A stretch of 64,000 nucleotides of DNA from Candidatus Nomurabacteria bacterium CG1_02_43_90. GTDB lineage: Bacteria; Patescibacteriota; Minisyncoccia; Phycocordibacterales; UBA1550. The notes under the pieces were generated by a model. The model had not been told where the DNA came from, did no database searches, and saw nothing but the letters and a program-made list of their open reading frames with translations. This document shows, in pieces, positions 58,241 to 64,000 of the stretch (the first letter of the stretch is position 1; every line of letters starts with the position of its first letter). The position numbers and the translations under genes are program-made. The stretch spans positions 52,543 through 116,542 of the forward strand of contig MNVN01000015.1 of the NCBI GenBank assembly GCA_001871765.1, read 5' to 3'.

Positions 58241-59197
58241 TTGGAGAGTTATCCACTATTAAAATACCTAGACACTCGTGTTACACTTATTTATAAGAAC
58301 ACAATGTCTCCTACTCCCTATAAAATCAAAAAACTTACGCAAGAAGAATTTCCAAAATCACTTCTCGAAATTCCCCAAGTGCCTGAAAAACTTTTTGTTG
58401 CAGGCGAGCTCCCCGACCCTACTCAATTTTACTACCTCGCAGTCGTTGGCTCCCGCAAGTACACAAACTACGGTCGCGAAGCATGTGAACGAATCATCAC
58501 AGGACTTGCGGGGTACCCCATCGTTATTGTTTCGGGGCTCGCTATGGGTATCGACGGTATCGCACACCGCTCTGCGCTCGATGCAGGACTTCTTACAATT
58601 GCCATCCCCGGATCAGGGCTCGAACCTGCTGTGATCTATCCACGCACAAATTTTAATCTTGCACAAGAAATTCTTGAGAACGGAGGAGCCCTTCTTTCTG
58701 AGTTTGAGCCGGACCTCCATGCAGCGCCGTGGACCTTTCCGCAACGTAACCACATCATGGCAGGCATCACGCAAGGTACCCTTGTCATTGAAGCCGAAGA
58801 AAAGTCAGGTACGCTCATCACGGCGCGCATGGCACTCGACTACAATAGAAATGTGTTCACGGTCCCGGGACCAATTTTCTCAGCAACCTCAAAAGGTACG
58901 AACGGGCTCCTTCGCCAAGGTGCAACCCCGATCACCTGCGCAAAAGACCTCCTTGAAGAAATTGGCTTTATTGAACAAACTTTTGGTGACCCTGAACAAC
59001 AAGGAAACAAACTCGACCTCACTCTTTTTAGCCCCGAAGAACAAGTGGTGCTCCTACTGTTAGATGAGCCACGTGAGCGTGAAGAAATTATTTCATCACT
59101 CGACACACCGCTAACAGAAATACTTTCAATTCTCATGATTCTCGAAATCAAAGGAATCATTCGCGAGAGAATGGGGAAAATTGAGCGAGTAAAATAG
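58241..59197 (+). CDS. dprA: DNA processing protein A (Smf); probable start ATG 58304
   Basis: LAVVGSRKYTNYGRE, IVSGLAMGIDGIAHRSAL, NRNVFTVPGPIFS Rossmann-like DprA core; C-terminal winged-helix-like tail. Confidence 0.85.
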   Translation: MESYPLLKYLDTRVTLIYKNTMSPTPYKIKKLTQEEFPKSLLEIPQVPEKLFVAGELPDPTQFYYLAVVGSRKYTNYGREACERIITGLAGYPIVIVSGLAMGIDGIAHRSALDAGLLTIAIPGSGLEPAVIYPRTNFNLAQEILENGGALLSEFEPDLHAAPWTFPQRNHIMAGITQGTLVIEAEEKSGTLITARMALDYNRNVFTVPGPIFSATSKGTNGLLRQGATPITCAKDLLEEIGFIEQTFGDPEQQGNKLDLTLFSPEEQVVLLLLDEPREREEIISSLDTPLTEILSILMILEIKGIIRERMGKIERVK

Positions 59198-59677
59198 TAA
59201 AAATTATCCACAGAAAAACTTGGCGATGAAAAGATAGTAGTGCTACTCTTGGGTGGTGTTGTAGTGCACTAGTGCTCTACAAATTTTATGTAGTTTCTTT
59301 TTGAGCGATCTGAGTATAAAAAAGTAAGCAGGCACTTAAAAGTCTCATTGATCGTCTTGAGAGGAATCCACCTTGTCGATATCGGCATGATGGACTAGCT
59401 GGACTTTTTGTGCATGAAGGAATTCATGCACAAAGTATGCGACGCAACCCTGAAAGAACTGTTCATTGGGAGCATTGCGTTTGCAGTACTTGCCTATCGG
59501 CGGAAACTCAGCAGGACTCTTTGTCATCATGCATCAAGCATCTGGAAACATTCCTGATATTTACCTCGCCGGCATCACTAATTTTAATGGACCTCGGTTC
59601 ATTTCAGTCTCCAAATTCGGTGGCTGTTTTATTTTTCATTTGCAAAATAAATCACTCTATAGTACTAATGTATTTTA

Positions 59678-61909
59678 ATGTCTACAAAATCATACAAACT
59701 CCTCATCGTTGAGTCACCATCAAAAGCAAAAACAATTGGCAAGTATTTGGGTGATGAATATATTGTACGCGCAAGCGTAGGTCACGTGCGTGATCTTCCT
59801 AAAAGTAACAAGCAAGCAATTGATATCCCCGCTGGTTTTGTACCACACTATGAAATCTCAAAAGGCAAAGCAGAGATTGTACATGAACTAGATTCACTCG
59901 CAAAAAAGGCCAGCGAAGTCCTGCTCGCTACCGACCCCGACCGTGAAGGTGAGGCTATCGCGTGGCACATCGCACAAGCGTGCGGACTCAAAAACCCAAA
60001 GCGGGTGACCTATCACGAGATTACAAAGAGCGCAATCGAAGAGGCGATCAAGCACCCTCGCGTGATTGATGAAAATCTTCGCAGGGCCCAGGAAGCACGT
60101 CGCGTACTCGATAGACTTGTGGGCTACGACCTCTCAGGTCTCATTTGGAAAAAAGTACGCTATGGTCTCTCGGCAGGGCGCGTACAGTCGCCTGCCCTTC
60201 GTATTCTTGTCGAACGTGAACGGGAAATCAAAGCGTTCACCCCTGAGGCATATTGGGCACTGACCGCAAAGGTAAAGACGCAAGGAGGAGCAGAGCTCGA
60301 GCTTTCCTGTACCGAAGAACCACGCGACGAAGAAGTCGTAAAAAATATTTTAAAAATTGGACGCGCTAATCAGTGGATGGTGCGTGAAGTCAAAGAAAGT
60401 GAAGTCCGGCGTGCACCAAAGGCACCCTTCATTACCTCCACCCTTCAACAAGCAGCGAGCTCACGCCTCGGCTTTGCGCCGTCGCGCACGATGGGCGTTG
60501 CGCAGAAACTTTACGAGAAAGGCTTCATCACCTATATGCGTACAGACAGCACCACGCTTTCGAACGATGCACAAAAAGCTATCCTTGTTGAAATAGTAAA
60601 ACGCTATGGTGCAGGCGCCGGTGAGGCACGCGTATTCAAAACAAAAAGCAAAAACGCACAGGAGGCACATGAAGCAATTCGCCCTACTGATTTTAGTAAA
60701 AACTCCCTCGGTACTACTCCTGAAGAAAAGAAGCTCTACGAGCTTATTTGGGCGCGCACCGTGGCTTCTCAAATGATAGAGGCGCGACTTGCGCGCACCA
60801 CGATACTCGCGAACGTCCGTAATGGAAGTGATCCAAGATCCGAATCTACTGATTCGCCGAATTTTTCCATTACCGGCTCTCGTGTCATTGTCCCTGGATG
60901 GCTTTCTGCTGACCCCGACGCGCGCGGTGAAGACGTGCAACTTCCTAAAGTAGCACAGGGCGAGATGCTTATCCTTCTTAGCCTCAGCGATGAAGCAAAG
61001 TTTACTGAACCGCCTGCACGCTACTCTGAAGCAGGGCTTGTGAAAGAACTGGAGAAACGTGGTATTGGTCGCCCTTCAACCTATGCTTCTATTATTAAAA
61101 CTATTTGTGACCGTGGCTATGTGATAAAAGAAGGCAAAGCTCTTCGCCCTACGGATACGGGTGAAGTCGTAAGCACGTTCCTCGAACAAAATTTTTCGAA
61201 CTACATTAGTGATGTCTTCACGGCAGAAATGGAAGACAAACTCGATGATATCGCAAACGGAACCCGTGAGTATGTACCCACGCTCAAAGAATTTTATGAC
61301 CCTTTCTCAAAAGAGGTAAAAGAAAAGGATAAACTTGAAAAAATCACCAACCTTGGCGAAGCAGACGCACAGTTCAAGTGCCCAAAATGTAACAGCTCAA
61401 TGATTATTAAACTTGCCCGTACGGGGAAGTTTCTTTCCTGCAAAGAATATCCCGAATGTGATGGCGCGCGTATGATTGATGGGTCTGAACTTGCAGGACC
61501 ACGCGACACGGGTGAACTTTGTCCAAAGTGTGAAAAATCAAACCTCTTTGAACGCGATGGGCGCTTTGGGAGATTTATCGCTTGTGGAAATTATCCAAAG
61601 TGTAAATTTATTAAAAAAGATGACACGGCTGCCCTCCTCAATCATACTGGTGTCCCCTGCCCCATGTGTAAAAAAGGTTTTATGACGGAACGCAAAGGGC
61701 GCTTTGGTATTTTCTATAGCTGTACTGGTTATCCCGATTGTAAAAATGCCATCAAAGCGCGCCCCACCGGAAACTTCTGCACCTATAAAAAAGCAGAGGG
61801 AACCCTCTGTGCATCACTCATGATGGATGGCACAAAAACAATCCCCGAACGATGTAGTAACAAAACCTGCCCCAACCATAATCCGCATAAACTCAACAAG
61901 ATGGAATAA
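59678..61909 (+). CDS. topA: DNA topoisomerase I with three C-terminal C4 zinc ribbons
   Basis: Toprim KLLIVESPSKAKTIGKYLG, catalytic Tyr region, C-terminal repeats CPKCNSS...C, CPKCEKS...C, CPMCKKG...C. Confidence 0.95.
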   Translation: MSTKSYKLLIVESPSKAKTIGKYLGDEYIVRASVGHVRDLPKSNKQAIDIPAGFVPHYEISKGKAEIVHELDSLAKKASEVLLATDPDREGEAIAWHIAQACGLKNPKRVTYHEITKSAIEEAIKHPRVIDENLRRAQEARRVLDRLVGYDLSGLIWKKVRYGLSAGRVQSPALRILVEREREIKAFTPEAYWALTAKVKTQGGAELELSCTEEPRDEEVVKNILKIGRANQWMVREVKESEVRRAPKAPFITSTLQQAASSRLGFAPSRTMGVAQKLYEKGFITYMRTDSTTLSNDAQKAILVEIVKRYGAGAGEARVFKTKSKNAQEAHEAIRPTDFSKNSLGTTPEEKKLYELIWARTVASQMIEARLARTTILANVRNGSDPRSESTDSPNFSITGSRVIVPGWLSADPDARGEDVQLPKVAQGEMLILLSLSDEAKFTEPPARYSEAGLVKELEKRGIGRPSTYASIIKTICDRGYVIKEGKALRPTDTGEVVSTFLEQNFSNYISDVFTAEMEDKLDDIANGTREYVPTLKEFYDPFSKEVKEKDKLEKITNLGEADAQFKCPKCNSSMIIKLARTGKFLSCKEYPECDGARMIDGSELAGPRDTGELCPKCEKSNLFERDGRFGRFIACGNYPKCKFIKKDDTAALLNHTGVPCPMCKKGFMTERKGRFGIFYSCTGYPDCKNAIKARPTGNFCTYKKAEGTLCASLMMDGTKTIPERCSNKTCPNHNPHKLNKME

Positions 61910-61976
61910 TTGACAATTATTTTTTTAAAGGATAACCTCTCAAAAGAGAAATTCTTTAACCTGAAAGGAATCAAAA

Positions 61977-62276
61977 ATGTTCGATAAAATTTGGCCAGTT
62001 CTGCATATCCTCATCCCCCTTCTTCTCATTCTTATTTCCATTACTGCTATTTACTTACTTTATAAAATTTGGACGATTGACCACAATGAACTCAAGGAGT
62101 ATCAAGATCTTGTACAAATTGTTAAAGATACAAATAAAGGAGGCTTTGATGCTTGCCGCCGATGCGAACATGACCCACGCGTTAAAAAGGAAATACTTTT
62201 TACAAAGGACAACAGTCTAAAAAGTTGCTATTCAGTTCATTCATATGTCCTTTTCAATCTTTTTGGTTTTTACTAG
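61977..62276 (+). CDS. hypothetical small membrane protein (99 aa)
   Basis: N-terminal TM helix ILIPLLLILISITAIYLLY, complete ORF after topA. Confidence 0.45.
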   Translation: MFDKIWPVLHILIPLLLILISITAIYLLYKIWTIDHNELKEYQDLVQIVKDTNKGGFDACRRCEHDPRVKKEILFTKDNSLKSCYSVHSYVLFNLFGFY

Positions 62277-62456
62277 TACTCTCCCCTGCCTACGAAATTC
62301 GTGCGCGGGGGATTCGTTTGCCAAAAATACAAAGTATGTTATTCTGCACAGCAGTAAATTGGTCTGCCTTTGTGCAGGTTTTGTAATTTGTAAAAAAGGA
62401 AAATTAGATGAGAAAAATTTGTACCCCCCCCTCCGCCCTTCAACAATCCAGATTTT

Positions 62457-62831
62457 GTGCTTTTGAAAAGTACCACCATTGAGGTCCCGCTATCCCCAGG
62501 AAACGAAACGGCCGTAAGAAGAATTAAAGTTGGCATTGTCGCAACCTGGAAACACCTCTTGCCAGCAGAATGTATCGAGGTGCTCAAGCAAGATGGCGCA
62601 TTGCTCCTCGGAAAACTGGGGGCGGAATTAGTCATTGAGCATGCCCCCTCAGATTTTGTCCTTCAGCACCCATGGTGGATCGCATCGTTTAGCGAGCATC
62701 ATGAAGTCGAGATTAATGGCGTCACGGACCCCCTTTCAAAAAGTGTTCTAAAAAGAACCACGAGAAATCGGGACCGTATGAACCTGCATGGTGTTGGTTA
62801 TTTCTTTTGGTTCAACGATGTAGACGAATAA
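62457..62831 (+). CDS. hypothetical protein (124 aa, GTG start; weak RBS)
   Basis: Balanced composition; followed by strong terminator at 62849-62886; frame open from 62412 through a C8 tract. Confidence 0.35.
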   Translation: MLLKSTTIEVPLSPGNETAVRRIKVGIVATWKHLLPAECIEVLKQDGALLLGKLGAELVIEHAPSDFVLQHPWWIASFSEHHEVEINGVTDPLSKSVLKRTTRNRDRMNLHGVGYFFWFNDVDE

Positions 62832-62848
62832 CACTTCGTCCCTTCCCT

Positions 62849-62886
62849 GGCTCTTGCAGTTTTTCTGCAAGAGCCATTTTACTTTT
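62849..62886 (+). terminator. intrinsic terminator
   Basis: ggctcttgcag-ttttt-ctgcaagagcc followed by ATTTTACTTTTTATTT. Confidence 0.75.
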
Positions 62887-62917
62887 TATTTACGGGGAAT
62901 TATGGCACAATAGCCGT

Positions 62918-64000
62918 ATGTTTTCACCAAAAAAAGATGGCTCGTGTCCTACCGCACTAGAGATTATCAGGATGCTCAAAAATTCTAGCGCTGAGGATAT
63001 TGCTCTTATAAAAAAAGCGTACCTCTTCGCTCAAGATGCACACAAAGAGCAAAAAAGGAACTCGGGTGAACCGTATTTTTTCCACGTTGCACATGTTGCC
63101 GCAAACCTCGCCATTATTAATGTTGATGCTTCTACGGTGGCCGCAGGTCTTCTTCATGACACTATCGAGGATGCTGGAGTTCTTCCAAAAACAATAGAGC
63201 GAGAATTTAGTAAAGAAATTCTCGCTCTCGTGGAAGGAGTAACGAAACTTGGAAAAATCAAATATCGTGGTATTGAACGCCACGTAGAAAGTCTGCGCAA
63301 ATTTTTCATTGCAATGTCACGAGATATTCGTGTACTCCTTATTAAGCTTGCCGACCGCCTGCACAATATTCAAACACTCGAACATATCCCTGAAGCAAAA
63401 AGAAAACGTATTGCACTCGAGACCCTCGAGATTCACGCCCGCCTTGCTGACCGTTTTGGTATGGGAAAATGGAAAGCAATTTTTGAAGATGCTGCATTCC
63501 CTTATGCGTTTCCCGAAGAATATGAGAGAGTTGCAGCCATCATCAAAACAAAACGTATTGCAGATGAAAAATACGCCCAAAAAATCTATCGCTCCATTCA
63601 AAAAGAGTTGGTTGCAAATGGCATCATCGATGCACGGGTAAACTATCGAGTAAAAAATCTTTATAGTCTCTGGAAAAAACTTGCACGCAAAGAAATGGAC
63701 TCCAACAAAGTGTACGACATCCTTGCCGTACGAGTTATCGTGAAGACTGTTGAGGACTGCTATCGAGCACTCGGCATTATCCATAAACACTGGCGCCCTG
63801 TTCCAGGACGAATCAAGGACTATATCGCCCTCCCTAAAGCAAATGGCTATCGATCTCTTCATACCACTATTTTTCATGGAGATGGCGGGGTTATCGAAAT
63901 CCAAATCCGCACCGAAGAAATGCACGGCGAGGCACAGTACGGTATTGCTTCCCATCTTGCCTACAAAGAAAATGGCCTTGAAAAGAATAATCTTGAAAAG
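62918..64000 (+). CDS. rel: RelA/SpoT-family (p)ppGpp synthetase/hydrolase, N-terminal part (runs off window; absent from the supplied ORF list for that reason)
   Basis: HD domain GEPYFFHVAHVAANLA ... LLHDTIEDA, synthetase domain YSLWKKLARK ... DILAVRVIV ... GYRSLHTTI; the antisense ORFs 62957..63283 and 63317..63955 are spurious. Confidence 0.85.
   Translation, partial: MFSPKKDGSCPTALEIIRMLKNSSAEDIALIKKAYLFAQDAHKEQKRNSGEPYFFHVAHVAANLAIINVDASTVAAGLLHDTIEDAGVLPKTIEREFSKEILALVEGVTKLGKIKYRGIERHVESLRKFFIAMSRDIRVLLIKLADRLHNIQTLEHIPEAKRKRIALETLEIHARLADRFGMGKWKAIFEDAAFPYAFPEEYERVAAIIKTKRIADEKYAQKIYRSIQKELVANGIIDARVNYRVKNLYSLWKKLARKEMDSNKVYDILAVRVIVKTVEDCYRALGIIHKHWRPVPGRIKDYIALPKANGYRSLHTTIFHGDGGVIEIQIRTEEMHGEAQYGIASHLAYKENGLEKNNLEK

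Noticed and set aside
59345-59530. 61-aa minus-strand ORF containing an HEFLH (HExxH metalloprotease-like) motif
   Set aside because: The motif is encoded by the palindrome GTGCATGAATTCCTTCATGCAC, the same hairpin noted at 59418-59439. Upstream the frame closes immediately. The ORF overlaps two equally weak plus-strand ORFs. It is a coincidental product of dyad symmetry, not a peptidase remnant.
63317-63955. 212-aa minus-strand ORF
   Set aside because: It lies antisense to the Rel/SpoT gene, which has unmistakable HD and synthetase motifs on the plus strand.

Overview
This 64 kb window is densely packed bacterial chromosome. It uses the standard genetic code: TGA acts as a stop, for example at the murG/gltX ATGA overlap. 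Most genes are housekeeping, and several of them are trimmed versions of their usual forms. I call about 70 protein genes, one tRNA-Gln(TTG), and several intrinsic terminators and palindromic promoter-region elements.

Recognised blocks:
- Aminoacyl-tRNA synthetases: the 3' end of trpS, a GAD-less aspS, gltX, cysS and serS.
- A cell-wall cluster: dacA-like, mraY, ftsW, murG, an M23 peptidase and a distant ftsQ-like gene.
- Chromosome maintenance: scpA, scpB, dnaB, recR, rmuC, a short dnaX, dprA-topA, nth and a cysteine-free mutY-like glycosylase.
- A complete uvrB-uvrA-uvrC cluster with an unknown gene embedded on the opposite strand.
- tgt, plus folA with a decayed folA paralog fragment just upstream.
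- A glucan/pentose-phosphate block on one strand: glycogen-synthase-like GT, GH57, GH15, zwf, gnd, a cyclase-family hydrolase, SDR and ROK kinase.
- Ribosomal proteins L27, L9 and L21.
- Signalling genes: a minimal GGDEF cyclase and a Rel/SpoT protein that runs off the 3' end.

The least explained parts:
- a roughly 550 nt GC-rich, highly structured stretch with no coding potential, between a stand-alone voltage-sensor-domain gene and tRNA-Gln;
- a candidate promoter-to-terminator small RNA divergent from rplU;
- a perfect 52 bp palindrome in the serS/dprA divergent promoter region;
- an operon of an Ada-like Zn-finger membrane protein, a PHP phosphoesterase and a DEDDh exonuclease, divergent from a Cas4-like Fe-S nuclease.

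I found no CRISPR array, transposase, integrase or rRNA gene. Every functional call is inferred from motifs I could read in the translations; I ran no database search.
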